From positions 8,499 through 72,498 of the forward strand of contig CAYWFK010000004.1 in the NCBI GenBank assembly GCA_964457375.1: DNA of 64,000 bases. The letters run 5' to 3'. Of this stretch, positions 46,687 through 56,790 are shown piece after piece. How positions within the stretch are numbered: position 1 is the first letter of the stretch; each line of letters starts with the position of its first letter. The DNA comes from an uncultured Anaerolineales bacterium (lineage in GTDB: Bacteria > Chloroflexota > Anaerolineae > Anaerolineales > UBA11858). A program made the translations under genes and the position numbers. A model generated the notes under the pieces. The model did no database searches. It saw only the letters and a list, made by a program, of their open reading frames with translations, and was not told the origin of the DNA.

Positions 46687-47445
46687 ATGAGACTTAAGGA
46701 TAAAGTATGTCTGATTACCGGCGGTGCATCCGGCATCGGTAAAGCCACCGCAGAGCGTTTTGCCGAAGAAGGGGCAAAGGTGATCATTTGCGATATCGCA
46801 GTGGAAAAAGGGAAAGAAGCTGCCCGCAATTTCGGGGGAGATTATTACAAAGTGGATGTCAGTGACCGCAAGTCCGTGGAAGCCTGGATCGATGACGTCT
46901 ACAACAGAAACGGGCATATCGACGTACTCGTCAACAATGCCGGCATCCTGCGGGACGGCATTTTCGTCAAGGTAAAAAACGGGAACCTGGTCAAACAAAT
47001 GACCGAAGAAGATTTCGACAAGGTCATTCAGGTGAATCTCAAAGGCGTTTTCAACTGCACCCAGGTTGTCACCCCCTACATGGCTCGCAGCGGCGGCGGG
47101 GTCATTCTCAATGCATCTTCCATCGTCGGGCTTGACGGCAATTTCGGACAAACCAATTACGTTGCCACCAAAGCCGCCGTCATCGGGATGACCAAAGTCT
47201 GGGCACGCGAACTCGGCCGTTACAATATTCGCGTCAACGCCGTCGCCCCCGGGTTCACCGCAACCGAAATGGTCAAATCCATGCCCGAAAACGTTCTCGA
47301 CAACATGCGCAAACACACACCCCTCAGGCGTCTCGGTGAACCGCGTGATATCGCCAACGCATACTTGTTCCTTGCTTCGGACGAAGCATCATTCATCAGC
47401 GGCACTGTACTGCGCGTGGATGGCGGCATCGTCGTCGGCACCTGA
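46687..47445 (+). CDS. fabG: short-chain dehydrogenase, 3-oxoacyl-ACP reductase-like
   Basis: TGGASGIGKA (TGxxxGIG), NNAG, and a YxxxK implied by NYVATKAAV. Start at ATG 46687 behind CAGGAGAG. The symbol is tentative. Confidence 0.85.
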   Translation: MRLKDKVCLITGGASGIGKATAERFAEEGAKVIICDIAVEKGKEAARNFGGDYYKVDVSDRKSVEAWIDDVYNRNGHIDVLVNNAGILRDGIFVKVKNGNLVKQMTEEDFDKVIQVNLKGVFNCTQVVTPYMARSGGGVILNASSIVGLDGNFGQTNYVATKAAVIGMTKVWARELGRYNIRVNAVAPGFTATEMVKSMPENVLDNMRKHTPLRRLGEPRDIANAYLFLASDEASFISGTVLRVDGGIVVGT

Positions 47446-47565
47446 TATTTGCCGATGCAACCATCCTCCAAACAATCTTTGCAAAAACCGGCAAACACGG
47501 CATCGCATTGAAACGCCAATTCGCGGTGGGTACCTGACGGCTATATCAGGAAAAGAAGCCACCCT

Positions 47566-48312
47566 ATGAAATCTTTGGTCCTGGCAGAAACACGGGAAGC
47601 ACTGGGACTGCTAACCCTCAATCAACCAGAAACCCATAATGCACTATCTTCTGGCATGCTTCATGCGCTCGATGACGTCCTGACCGCTTTCAGCAAGAAG
47701 AGTGAAGTCCGCGCCATCCTGCTGACAGCCAACGGCAGTTCCTTTTCCACAGGATTCGACTGGCGGACTTTTCCGCACCAGCCCGAAGCCCTTGCTGCTC
47801 ATCTTGCAGCGCTCACCGAACTGCTCAACCGCGTCATCCTGCGGATCATGCAAATTCCCGTGCCCGTCATCACAATTGCACATGACATCGTCGGCAACGG
47901 AGCAGCCGGGTTTGTCCTCGCCAGCGATTACGTGCTGATTGCCCCGCAAACCATCTTCGAGCCGGTGCTCAAATCCGGTTTCGCCATCCCGCTTGGCGGG
48001 TGGAGCACACTCATGCCGGATTTCATCGGCCGCAGACACACAACCGAAGCACTGCTGGGCGGGAAACCCATTCACGCAGAAGCAGCGTTCAAGTGGGGGC
48101 TGGCGAATGACCTGGTGCCATCCGACCATTTGCCGGAGAAAGGGCTGAAAACCGCAGCCGAATTCGCCAAACAAAACGCCATCGGCATCCAGGAAACCAA
48201 ACATCTTCTCCGGAAAAACATCGAAGCTATCGCCCTCCTGCTGGAAGAAGAACGCCAAAGTTTCCTTCGTCTGGCGGGCAGCGAACTCTTCCTGCAAGCA
48301 CTCGGCATTTGA
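47566..48312 (+). CDS. enoyl-CoA hydratase/isomerase (crotonase) family protein
   Basis: LGLLTLNQPETHNALS..M...L at the N-terminus and crotonase-like length. Adjacent to the SDR gene. Confidence 0.75.
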   Translation: MKSLVLAETREALGLLTLNQPETHNALSSGMLHALDDVLTAFSKKSEVRAILLTANGSSFSTGFDWRTFPHQPEALAAHLAALTELLNRVILRIMQIPVPVITIAHDIVGNGAAGFVLASDYVLIAPQTIFEPVLKSGFAIPLGGWSTLMPDFIGRRHTTEALLGGKPIHAEAAFKWGLANDLVPSDHLPEKGLKTAAEFAKQNAIGIQETKHLLRKNIEAIALLLEEERQSFLRLAGSELFLQALGI

Positions 48313-48417
48313 TCGCCTGTCAATCCGCTGCAACGCCCTTTAAATCACAAGACCCCGGCGTATACCGGGATCTTGCTTCGAGAAAGGGTCAGCAGGAGAG
48401 CAGACCGCGTTCTGCCA

Positions 48418-48609
48418 TCAGAAGATAATCGCCAGGATGATGACAACCGGCAAGATCAGGCATATGCCAACCAACACGATACTTGCACATCCCGCGCTCA
48501 ATACAACCCCAAGGATACCAAACACCACCCCGACAACTGCGCCAATGATTCCCACAACCAGGCTAATCACGCCCCCAATCAATCCAAATATTCCTCTTAT
48601 CAAACCCAT
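48418..48609 (-). CDS. small Gly-rich hydrophobic membrane protein
   Basis: 63 aa (MGLIRGIFGLIGGVISLVVGIIGAVVGVVFGILGVV...). ATG 48609 lies 8 nt downstream of AAGGAG. Confidence 0.6.
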   Translation of the reverse strand: MGLIRGIFGLIGGVISLVVGIIGAVVGVVFGILGVVLSAGCASIVLVGICLILPVVIILAIIF

Positions 48610-48741
48610 TTCACAAACTCCTTTCAAAATACTTTGGAGAATTATCCTCTTCTGTGGTTAAATACGTAATGATCAAACAATAGTTGCAAATTTGCATCAA
48701 AGAAGCGAAACGAATAATGGTACAGAAACGGAGAGAAGATT

Positions 48742-49377
48742 ATGAACCCTAAAAATAAAACCGTCTTCTGGTTGACCTTTGCACTCAGCGCCGTGCTTTT
48801 GGCAAGCGCATGCGGAATGATCAACCAGGCAATGGATACTGTCGAAAAAGGAAAGAATGCTGCTGCAACGATGCAGGCTGTTGCCACCAGTGCAGATGAT
48901 GTCATTGGCCAGGTCAAGGATATGGCAACCGAAGTCAGTGGGTCAGGCTTCATGGAAACCGCAGCCGCAGCAATCACAGAAATCGCCGATAGCGGAATGC
49001 TGGAAACCATGCAGGCAATGGTGACCGAATTACCGGATAACGCGCAGGATGCCCAGGCAACCATGCAGGCATTGGTCGACGAAAACCATCCTGAACCGCC
49101 TCGTGATGATATTCCCGTTGTTCCGGGAGAACTCGAAACACCGATAAACACCGGCAATTTGGTCAGTTACAGCACCGGCATGTCTTTTCAGGAAGTCGTT
49201 GATTTTTATCTCCAGGAAATGCCCGCCAAAGGCTGGGAGAAACAGGATAACGGCTACATCAGTGGCACCAACAGTATTTTTTACTTCACCAAGGAAAATA
49301 GTCAGGCGATGGTTGCCATCATCGGTGATAAAACCAATAAAAAGACAATCGTAACGATTACTATCACCGGCAAATAA
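48742..49377 (+). CDS. lipoprotein, function unknown
   Basis: Signal peptide with lipobox LLASAC. GGAGAG SD. Confidence 0.7.
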   Translation: MNPKNKTVFWLTFALSAVLLASACGMINQAMDTVEKGKNAAATMQAVATSADDVIGQVKDMATEVSGSGFMETAAAAITEIADSGMLETMQAMVTELPDNAQDAQATMQALVDENHPEPPRDDIPVVPGELETPINTGNLVSYSTGMSFQEVVDFYLQEMPAKGWEKQDNGYISGTNSIFYFTKENSQAMVAIIGDKTNKKTIVTITITGK

Positions 49378-49489
49378 TTTCTCCGTCAGCGGAGAAAACC
49401 CGCCATACATCCGCCGCATCGAAACCGCGCCACACAGGCTTTGTTTCCTGCGGCGGTTTTTTCAACCTGCGAAAGGGAAAACGCAATCG

Positions 49490-50626
49490 ATGAACACATC
49501 CCGGCAATGGCTCCGCTATCTGATTATTCTTCTGGGAGGATTCGGGCTGACACTGCTCGCATTTGCGGCTTACGGATATGCCACCAATCACACAGCCACA
49601 AAAGCGCCGGATACCACCGGCAAATTGACAGCGCTCGACAAAGCCAGGCTTGCCGAAGCTGCTCATCTCCGCCACACGCTGGGAAACCGCGTCTGGGGTG
49701 GCTTCGGAGATGCCCCCATTCCCGTTGCCTTGTGGGATGAAAACACCGTCTTCCTGACCGGCTACCCTGCCTTTCCGCAGGGATGGGAATTAGTTCCCAA
49801 TGATCTGTTTGAGAACAAACCGTACTACCGAAAACCATACCATGGAGAAAACAACTTCACCTTCCGCATCGGCAAAACCTGGACAGCCAGCATGGCGACA
49901 AAGCTCGAAACCGATCGCTATATTCATCGAAGTTTTCGCCGACTGATACCGGGTTTTCTCGACCCTGTTTTCCCTTACCATCTCTTCGATACCAGCAGTG
50001 AAATACAACTTACCGGTGTCATTCAGGAATCCTTTCATGCCTATCAGGCAAGTACATCTCCGGAAAACTTCAACCGTGCGCTGCACACCGCAAAAAACCA
50101 TGACCGCTACTGGCAAACCTGCAACACTTCCCAAATGCTGAAACTCTGGCTGACCGAAACGAAAAAACTCGTCGCTGCGCTCGATGCTCCTGATAATCAA
50201 GAAACCCGCCTTCATATCAGGGAGTTTTTCGCCATCCGTGGAAAAAGGCGCACGGCATGCCCGCTCGACCGGACCTTGCAGTCCTATGAAACCAGCCTCG
50301 AATGGCTCCACGGATTGGCAAAGTACACTGCCGTAAAAATCTGGCAAACCGCTTCTGTCACGCCGTCCTACCATCCTGTTCCGCAAATGGAAAACGATCC
50401 GGCTTTCGAAGGCTATCACGCATTCGGCAAATTCCGCCAGCGTGAAATCAACCAGATAACTTCGGCAGTAGGGAAAGATACCGATGCCCGCTTTACCAAC
50501 AGCGGGTTGCTGCAAGCCTATCTGCTCGACAGACTGATGCCGAACTGGCAAATGCTTGTTTTCCGGCAAGGCGCAACACTCGAAAACCTGCTGCGCAAGG
50601 CTGCCGAAGAAATACCCGGCGGCTAA
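49490..50626 (+). CDS. hypothetical N-terminally anchored protein
   Basis: 378 aa with a single N-terminal TM helix (WLRYLIILLGGFGLTLLAFAAYGY). No family recognised. Confidence 0.6.
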   Translation: MNTSRQWLRYLIILLGGFGLTLLAFAAYGYATNHTATKAPDTTGKLTALDKARLAEAAHLRHTLGNRVWGGFGDAPIPVALWDENTVFLTGYPAFPQGWELVPNDLFENKPYYRKPYHGENNFTFRIGKTWTASMATKLETDRYIHRSFRRLIPGFLDPVFPYHLFDTSSEIQLTGVIQESFHAYQASTSPENFNRALHTAKNHDRYWQTCNTSQMLKLWLTETKKLVAALDAPDNQETRLHIREFFAIRGKRRTACPLDRTLQSYETSLEWLHGLAKYTAVKIWQTASVTPSYHPVPQMENDPAFEGYHAFGKFRQREINQITSAVGKDTDARFTNSGLLQAYLLDRLMPNWQMLVFRQGATLENLLRKAAEEIPGG

Positions 50627-50717
50627 TCCAACGCTTGCGGAAACTGGGTATAATAACGGAATGCAAAAAGCAAACACCTCCCGCCAGCAAAGAATAACGG
50701 AAACGGGGAATACGCCC

Positions 50718-51722
50718 ATGGAAATCATCGATACGCTCAAGCGTCCATTGAAAGACTTGCGCATTTCCGTCACCGACAAATGCAACTTCCGTTGTACTTA
50801 CTGCATGCCCAAGGAAATCTTCGGGCACACCCACATCTTTCTCAAACGCGAAGAACTGCTCACATTCGAAGAAATCACCCGGCTGGTACGCATTTTCAAG
50901 CGCTTTGGCGTGCGCAAAGTCCGGCTGACCGGCGGAGAACCGCTGCTGCGTCACAGTGTGGAAGTGCTGGTTACCATGCTTCGTGAAATTCCCGACCTCG
51001 ACCTGGCAATGACTACCAACGCCTCGCTCCTTCCGCAAAAAATCCAGGCGCTCAAAAAAGCCGGTCTCGACCGCATTACCGTCAGCCTGGATTCACTCGA
51101 CGAGCAAACCTTCCGGAAAATCAATGATGTCGGCTTTCCGGTTTCCAAAGTGCTGGATGGCATCCATGCCGCCGAACAAGCCGGTTTCCATCCGCTGAAA
51201 ATCAACATGGTTGTGCAGCGGGGGGTAAACGAAAAAGATATTCTTCCCATGGCGGAATATTTCCGCGGCACCGGGCACATCCTGCGTTTTATCGAATTCA
51301 TGGACGTGGGCACGACAAACGGCTGGCGCATGGATGATGTCGTCCCTGCCCGGCAAATCGTCGAAACCATCCACGCCGCTCACCCCCTCGTTCCCGCAGA
51401 ACCGCATTATCGCGGAGAAGTTGCCCGGCGTTACCTCTACAAAGATGGCGGCGGTGAAATCGGAATTATCGCATCTGTTACCCAGCCCTTCTGCCGGGAC
51501 TGCACGCGTATCCGTCTCTCTGCCAAAGGCGGCTTGTATACCTGCTTGTTTGGCATTCAACCGTTCGATATGCGCGCTATGCTGCGTGACGGAGCAAACG
51601 ATGATGAAATTTATCAGGCAATCATCCAGCTCTGGCAGGCACGTGCCGACCGCTATTCCGAAATTCGCTCCTCACAAACGCGAAACCTGCCCAAAGTGGA
51701 AATGTCCTTCATCGGGGGATAA
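50718..51722 (+). CDS. moaA: GTP 3',8-cyclase MoaA (radical SAM, molybdenum cofactor biosynthesis)
   Basis: LRISVTDKCNFRCTYCMP (CxxxCxxC), GGEPLL and the C-terminal FCRDCTRIRLSAKGGLYTCLF cluster. Start chosen at ATG 50718. Confidence 0.9.
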   Translation: MEIIDTLKRPLKDLRISVTDKCNFRCTYCMPKEIFGHTHIFLKREELLTFEEITRLVRIFKRFGVRKVRLTGGEPLLRHSVEVLVTMLREIPDLDLAMTTNASLLPQKIQALKKAGLDRITVSLDSLDEQTFRKINDVGFPVSKVLDGIHAAEQAGFHPLKINMVVQRGVNEKDILPMAEYFRGTGHILRFIEFMDVGTTNGWRMDDVVPARQIVETIHAAHPLVPAEPHYRGEVARRYLYKDGGGEIGIIASVTQPFCRDCTRIRLSAKGGLYTCLFGIQPFDMRAMLRDGANDDEIYQAIIQLWQARADRYSEIRSSQTRNLPKVEMSFIGG

Positions 51723-51804
51723 ATCAGGGAACAGGAATCTATTCCGTACATCTCAGGTATAATGCCACAAACCCTGACGGGTCAACACTCACGAGAGAAA
51801 CGTT

Positions 51805-52539
51805 ATGCAAAAAGCATCACGAAAAATCACCCGTACCACCGAAGCAGTATTCTTCGATCTGGATGGCACATTACGCCATAGCCGGCCCAATGCCAATGAA
51901 CTTTTGATTGAGCAAGCAATTGCACTCGGAGCCCCTTGTTCACCGGAAAAAGCTCTCGAAGCCGCCCGCTGGGCACATTATTACTGGGCGCAATCCCATG
52001 AGATGTACGCCGACTATCAGGAACACACCGACGACGATGCCTTTTGGCAAAACTACATCAAACGCTACCTTGTCGCCTATGGATGCAGCGAAACATCAGC
52101 CGGTTCACTGGCGCCCGTCTTGCAGCAATACATGGAAGAACACTACAATCCGGAGAATTATGTTCCCGGGGATGTCTTCGAAACCCTGAACTTGCTAAAA
52201 CACGCCGGAATCACCCTCGGGCTGGTTTCCAACCGCAGCAAGCCCATCGACGGCCTAATGAAGGAACTCGCGTTCGAACCGCTCTTCGATTTCTATTTTG
52301 TCGCCGGTCAAATCGATATCTGGAAACCCGAACCGGGAATCTTCACCCATGCCCTGGAACTCGCCGGATCACAAGCCGAAAATACGCTTTATGTAGGAGA
52401 CAATTATTACGCAGACATTCTCGGGGCACAAAATGCCGGGTTGATTCCCCTGCTTTACGACCCCAAAGGCGTTTTCCCGCAGGCGGATTGCATCACCATC
52501 GAAAAAATCAGCGACATTCCCCCCATCATTTTCGATTGA
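51805..52539 (+). CDS. HAD-superfamily hydrolase
   Basis: VFFDLDGTL (DxDGT motif I), LVSNRS and VGDNYYADILGAQNAG (motif IV). Confidence 0.85.
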   Translation: MQKASRKITRTTEAVFFDLDGTLRHSRPNANELLIEQAIALGAPCSPEKALEAARWAHYYWAQSHEMYADYQEHTDDDAFWQNYIKRYLVAYGCSETSAGSLAPVLQQYMEEHYNPENYVPGDVFETLNLLKHAGITLGLVSNRSKPIDGLMKELAFEPLFDFYFVAGQIDIWKPEPGIFTHALELAGSQAENTLYVGDNYYADILGAQNAGLIPLLYDPKGVFPQADCITIEKISDIPPIIFD

Positions 52540-52685
52540 CCAATCGAACCCCCAACCCGGTAACACAGCAGGCAATAAAGCATTGTTTGCGTATACAATT
52601 ACAATAACAGTTCACAAACCGCTCGCCCGCATGCACATTTTCCCCAACAGGCGGGAGAAAGCACAACCGGCTCAGGAGGTATACG

Positions 52686-54419
52686 ATGTCAGTAAAGATC
52701 ACAGCATATGGCGGTGTCGGCGAAATTGGCGGAAATAAAATCCTGCTCGAAAACAAAGAACAACGGATCTTCTTCGATTTCGGCAAACCGTTCGGACGCT
52801 ATGGCGCCTATTTCGACGGCGTTTTCGTCAAACAGCGTTCCGCTCGCGGACTGCTCGATTTTCTTGCACTGGGCATCCTGCCCCCTTTACGCGGATTACT
52901 GCGCAAGGACCTGATACCGTCTTTGCAGACTGAGAATCTGCTCATCGAGGAAATCCCCCCCACCGGAAGACAGAAAAAACCCCGTTATCTCGTGCAGCAA
53001 CGCAAAGAAGACATTGCGCACTTCTGGCTGCTTTGGAAAAACCGGTACCCACAAATCTACCGCGACCTGCGCAGAGAAAATGCCCCGCCGGTCGATCTCT
53101 TTTTCCTCTCGCACGCCCATCAGGATCATATTCAGGATTTACCTTACACGCTGGATGCCATTCCGGCTGCCAGCACAGCTATGACCGCTTTCATTGCCAA
53201 GGTTTTGGTAGATGTTTCCCCCAACAGCCAGGGAGCACCTTACGCCACTCCTTACCAATTAGACAAAAATGGTATGCTGACTTCACGGGGCGCCCGAAAA
53301 ATCAACGCCCGCCCCTGGATCTTCCTCGACAACCCGCCCAAAGACAACCCTGCGGACGACCCTCTTGCCAGTGCTCATGCTTTCTGGTTCAATTCCCCGT
53401 CGGGCAAGCGTTCTTTCGAAGCCAGCATTACTTCCCTGCCAGCCGGCATTCATCTGCGCCATTGGCCGGTAGACCATTCCATCTATGGCGCTGCCGCCTG
53501 TGCAGTCGAAACGGAAATCGGCTGGGTAGGTTACACCGGCGATCTTCGCTTCCACGGCTCCCGGGCACGAGATTCCCAAACCTTCGTCGATCAGCTCGCA
53601 TCCCTGAAACCCGCTGTATTGGTATGCGAAGGCACCCGCCTGACAACCCCGAACACCACCACAGAAAGCGAAGTTTTCGATAACTGTATCAAGGCAGCCC
53701 GCAAAGGGAAAGGCAAACTCATCATTGCCGATTTCGCCCCCCGCAATGTCGAACGCCTGGAAGTCTTTCTCGAAATTGCCCGCAGCGAACAACGCCGCCT
53801 GCTTCTCCAGCCGCGGGATGCCTATCTGCTGCGTGCCATGCACCTCGCCAATCCCGCATCGGTACAGGATTTGATGGCAGATGAACATCTTGCCATTTAC
53901 GCCGACCCGAAAAGCAGCCAAAACCACTGGGAAAAAGTAGTCCGCGAACATTACGCAGCAAAAATTGTCCTTCCGGAAGATGTCTGTACCCATCCCGATG
54001 AAAACATCCTCGCTTTCAGCCTCACCGACGTCGCTGATTTGCTTGATTTACAGGCAATCAAAGGCGACTCACTGGACGGTATCTACATCTTTTCCAACAG
54101 CCGCGCCTACGATGACGAACAAAAAGTGGATTTCGAACGCTTGTGGAACTGGCTGGCATACTTCAATTTGCAGATTTTCGGGCTGAAAAAGCCATACCGA
54201 AAACCCGGCGGATTGCTGATTGCAGAAACGGAAACCGGCTACCATGCTTCCGGGCACGCCGGAAAAGACGAATTGGTCAGCCTGGTCAAGGAAATTCATC
54301 CCCGGGTACTCGTACCCGTTCACACCGAACGCCCCGAATTATGGCACGACCTGCTTCGCGGCAGCGGAATCCGGATCATCGAACCGCAGCAAGGCCTCCC
54401 CATCCCGCTCGAAATCTAA
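52686..54419 (+). CDS. metallo-beta-lactamase / beta-CASP ribonuclease (RNase J-like)
   Basis: YGGVGEIGGNKILLE at the N-terminus, SHAHQDH (HxHxDH), and beta-CASP-like C-terminal motifs (GYHASGHAGKDEL, VPVHTE). AGGAGG SD. Confidence 0.8.
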   Translation: MSVKITAYGGVGEIGGNKILLENKEQRIFFDFGKPFGRYGAYFDGVFVKQRSARGLLDFLALGILPPLRGLLRKDLIPSLQTENLLIEEIPPTGRQKKPRYLVQQRKEDIAHFWLLWKNRYPQIYRDLRRENAPPVDLFFLSHAHQDHIQDLPYTLDAIPAASTAMTAFIAKVLVDVSPNSQGAPYATPYQLDKNGMLTSRGARKINARPWIFLDNPPKDNPADDPLASAHAFWFNSPSGKRSFEASITSLPAGIHLRHWPVDHSIYGAAACAVETEIGWVGYTGDLRFHGSRARDSQTFVDQLASLKPAVLVCEGTRLTTPNTTTESEVFDNCIKAARKGKGKLIIADFAPRNVERLEVFLEIARSEQRRLLLQPRDAYLLRAMHLANPASVQDLMADEHLAIYADPKSSQNHWEKVVREHYAAKIVLPEDVCTHPDENILAFSLTDVADLLDLQAIKGDSLDGIYIFSNSRAYDDEQKVDFERLWNWLAYFNLQIFGLKKPYRKPGGLLIAETETGYHASGHAGKDELVSLVKEIHPRVLVPVHTERPELWHDLLRGSGIRIIEPQQGLPIPLEI

Positions 54420-54468
54420 GTCCGCTTTCCGGCGCAACAACAAGCCGGCAGGCGTTCATCGTGCCGCT

Positions 54469-54939
54469 TCAAGCGGATTGTTGATAAAACACCACAGAAT
54501 GGTCGACCAGTTTGCCATCCCGGTAAACGAACTTGCCGGAAAAGAAGCCGGGCGCATCCAGCCAGGGCAGAAAAATCCGGTCACCTTCCCACAAAGGCAA
54601 ATCGGGCACCTCATCGTTTGGTATCCAGCGCAGTTCCCCTTCAGGGGAGTCAATCATCTCGCCATCGAAATCCGTCGCGAGGAAAACAAAAGCGTACCAG
54701 TCTTCACCGTTGGCAAACTCCGGAAAAGTAAGCACGCCGCGCAGCACAGGGTTGTGAATCCGCAAACCGGATTCTTCATAAAACTCCCGCAGGATACACG
54801 CTTCAGGGGTTTCCCCGGCTTCCATCTTGCCCCCAAGGCCATTCCACTTGCCGTGATGAATATCATTCTCCTTTTTGATGCGGTGCAGCATCAGCGTTTT
54901 CCCGGCATGCCGCAAATAGCATAACGTTGCCAGTTTCAT
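54469..54939 (-). CDS. NUDIX hydrolase (MutT-like)
   Basis: The Nudix box GKWNGLGGKMEAGETPEACILREFYEESGL is present. Start at ATG 54939 behind GGAAGGAG. Confidence 0.85.
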   Translation of the reverse strand: MKLATLCYLRHAGKTLMLHRIKKENDIHHGKWNGLGGKMEAGETPEACILREFYEESGLRIHNPVLRGVLTFPEFANGEDWYAFVFLATDFDGEMIDSPEGELRWIPNDEVPDLPLWEGDRIFLPWLDAPGFFSGKFVYRDGKLVDHSVVFYQQSA

Positions 54940-55109
54940 GGGTCGTGGCACTCCTTCCACCAATTTATCATCCGGTAATCATCGCCGCGTTCCGCAACAA
55001 GAGGCGAACACCGGATTAGCGTGTATTGTACCGCGGACACTTCGGCTTAAAGCAGACAAGGGCATTGCCTTCGCAACGCCCTTGAGTTCTTCCGGGAGAA
55101 GTCCCGATG

Positions 55110-56009
55110 TTAATCATCGTTTTGGCAATCACCATTCCCGTGCCTGCCGTGCATGCCCCCACGCCGTCCGCGGCCATCAGTGTTACCGCTGTTTTCACGG
55201 CCATAACCATGCCCGCCCCGGGCTGCCTGCACAATCGTCTGATAGGCGTTCGCATCCATGTACTGCGGTTGATATGCATTCCCCGTTTGTTGAAGATAAT
55301 TCGTGGAAAAAGCACGCAAGTGATTTTCCGAACCGCGTTCCAGGTTTTCGAAAACCTGCTTGATATTGTCATCATCCGTTGCAGCCAGGTACTTTTGCAA
55401 ATCAAGGATATCGATTTCTTCAATCGCGCCGCCGACTTTCAAGGCATCACTGATGGATTTTTCACCCTGCGCTACAAGCTTGTCATACAGCGATTGCAAA
55501 TCCGGATTGGTAAAGACACCCCGCTGCTCACTTGCCGGGTCATCCAGCTGATAACCATCCAGCAAAATCTTGACCGCATCCATGTGCCGCTGTTCGCTGC
55601 GGGAAATATTCGCAAACACCTGCAAACCCCACTTGTCGTAAAGCGCCAGATAGACATCGCGGGCAAGTTTTTCTTCTTCCCGCATGTAAGTCAGCCCTTC
55701 CGCTTCCTTCTCATCCAGGCCGGATTTGTCGAAGACGAATGACGTATGCCCGACTTCATAACCGGAACCTTGCCGGCCATATCCCCGGAAAGTATTACCC
55801 GTTTTGTCATCACGGTTTCTGCCCTCGCCTTGTCGTCCTCTGCGCCCATATCCGCCGCCTTCCCATTGATCACCGGGCCGTGCAGTCTGCCAGGCAAATC
55901 GTTCTGGCGCATTCGCTGAAACATTTTGCGTATTCTGATAAACGGCAAAGCCTACTGCGCCGAGAACGAAAAATGCCGCGATTCCAACCAATAATTTGTT
56001 CAACATCAT
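55110..56009 (-). CDS. membrane-anchored ferritin-like DUF2202 protein with Gly/Arg/His-rich flanks
   Basis: TM anchor, then a G/R-rich linker. The core LTYMREEEKLARDVYLALYDKWG...FANISRSEQRHMDAV is duplicated (IEEIDILDL...ENLERGSENHLRAF), as in DUF2202. The tail is rich in G, R and H. Confidence 0.7.
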   Translation of the reverse strand: MMLNKLLVGIAAFFVLGAVGFAVYQNTQNVSANAPERFAWQTARPGDQWEGGGYGRRGRQGEGRNRDDKTGNTFRGYGRQGSGYEVGHTSFVFDKSGLDEKEAEGLTYMREEEKLARDVYLALYDKWGLQVFANISRSEQRHMDAVKILLDGYQLDDPASEQRGVFTNPDLQSLYDKLVAQGEKSISDALKVGGAIEEIDILDLQKYLAATDDDNIKQVFENLERGSENHLRAFSTNYLQQTGNAYQPQYMDANAYQTIVQAARGGHGYGRENSGNTDGRGRRGGMHGRHGNGDCQNDD

Positions 56010-56272
56010 ATACCTCCATAGGTGTACTTTTTACTGAAACCGATTGACCATACTTGTTTGTCAATCTGCATATAGCTTACTCGTCAGTTATGAAGAATTG
56101 ATGAAGAACTTTTGCCCGTTTGATGAAGATCAATTTGTCATGCTGTCAGGCAATTAACATCCGAATTCCCATCTCACACCTGCCGTCACTAATTGGCTCG
56201 CCCCACAAAACCGGTATGCTTCCTTTCCAATAATCAACCCTTCGCTAAAAATGCCCTGTCTGAGGAGCCCGC

Positions 56273-56300
56273 TTGACAGAAACACAAATAGAAATATAAT
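56273..56300 (+). promoter_or_regulatory. consensus sigma70-type promoter TTGACA-16 nt-TATAAT of the marR operon
   Basis: Both hexamers are perfect and read directly. The -10 ends 34 nt upstream of ATG 56335. Confidence 0.7.
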
Positions 56301-56317
56301 TAGTTCGACTAACTAAT
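56299..56317. promoter_or_regulatory. inverted repeat ATTAGTT-cgact-AACTAAT, probable MarR operator
   Basis: The 7-bp arms overlap the end of the -10 box and the predicted transcription start. This is the typical position for MarR autoregulation. Confidence 0.55.
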
Positions 56318-56334
56318 CAATCAAGGCAGTGACA

Positions 56335-56790
56335 ATGGAAAAGTCCGGAACAATTGACCCCAGAAAATATATCCTTTTATTCGAACGCCTGAGAAAACTC
56401 GGGCCTGGAACTCAACCCTGTGAAGATGCAGGGATTACACCCCCTCAATTCCTCCTTTTGGATTGGGTCGGGAGAAATCCCGGAAGCAGCCTGAGCGAAA
56501 TTGCCCATGGGCTGCGGCTGACACCGCCCACAGTCAGCGTAGCGGTTCGCCGGCTGGAAAAATCGGGCTTTCTCGAACGCAAGCCCGACCCGCACGACAA
56601 ACGCTCGATTCAAATCCATTTAACACAAACGGGCAAGGTTCTATACCAAAAAGGAGAGACTTACCGTTTACGCAAGGTCGAACACCTTCTCTCAGCGCTC
56701 GCTCCGGAAGACAGAAAACAATTCATCATCCTTCTCGAACGGGCTGTCAACGCTGCCGAAGCATTCAACAAGGAGAAAAGTCATGGTTAA
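56335..56790 (+). CDS. MarR family transcriptional regulator
   Basis: Winged-helix region ITPPQFLLLDWVGRNPGSSLSEIAHGLRLTPPTVSVAVRRLEKSGFLERKPDPHDKR. Confidence 0.85.
   Translation: MEKSGTIDPRKYILLFERLRKLGPGTQPCEDAGITPPQFLLLDWVGRNPGSSLSEIAHGLRLTPPTVSVAVRRLEKSGFLERKPDPHDKRSIQIHLTQTGKVLYQKGETYRLRKVEHLLSALAPEDRKQFIILLERAVNAAEAFNKEKSHG

Noticed and set aside
50627-50717. Moco riboswitch or a promoter (TTGCGG...TATAAT) upstream of moaA
   Set aside because: The 90-nt spacer is too short for the roughly 130-nt Moco motif and lacks its conserved helices. The TTGCGG/TATAAT spacing is only 8 nt, so it is not a valid -35/-10 pair.
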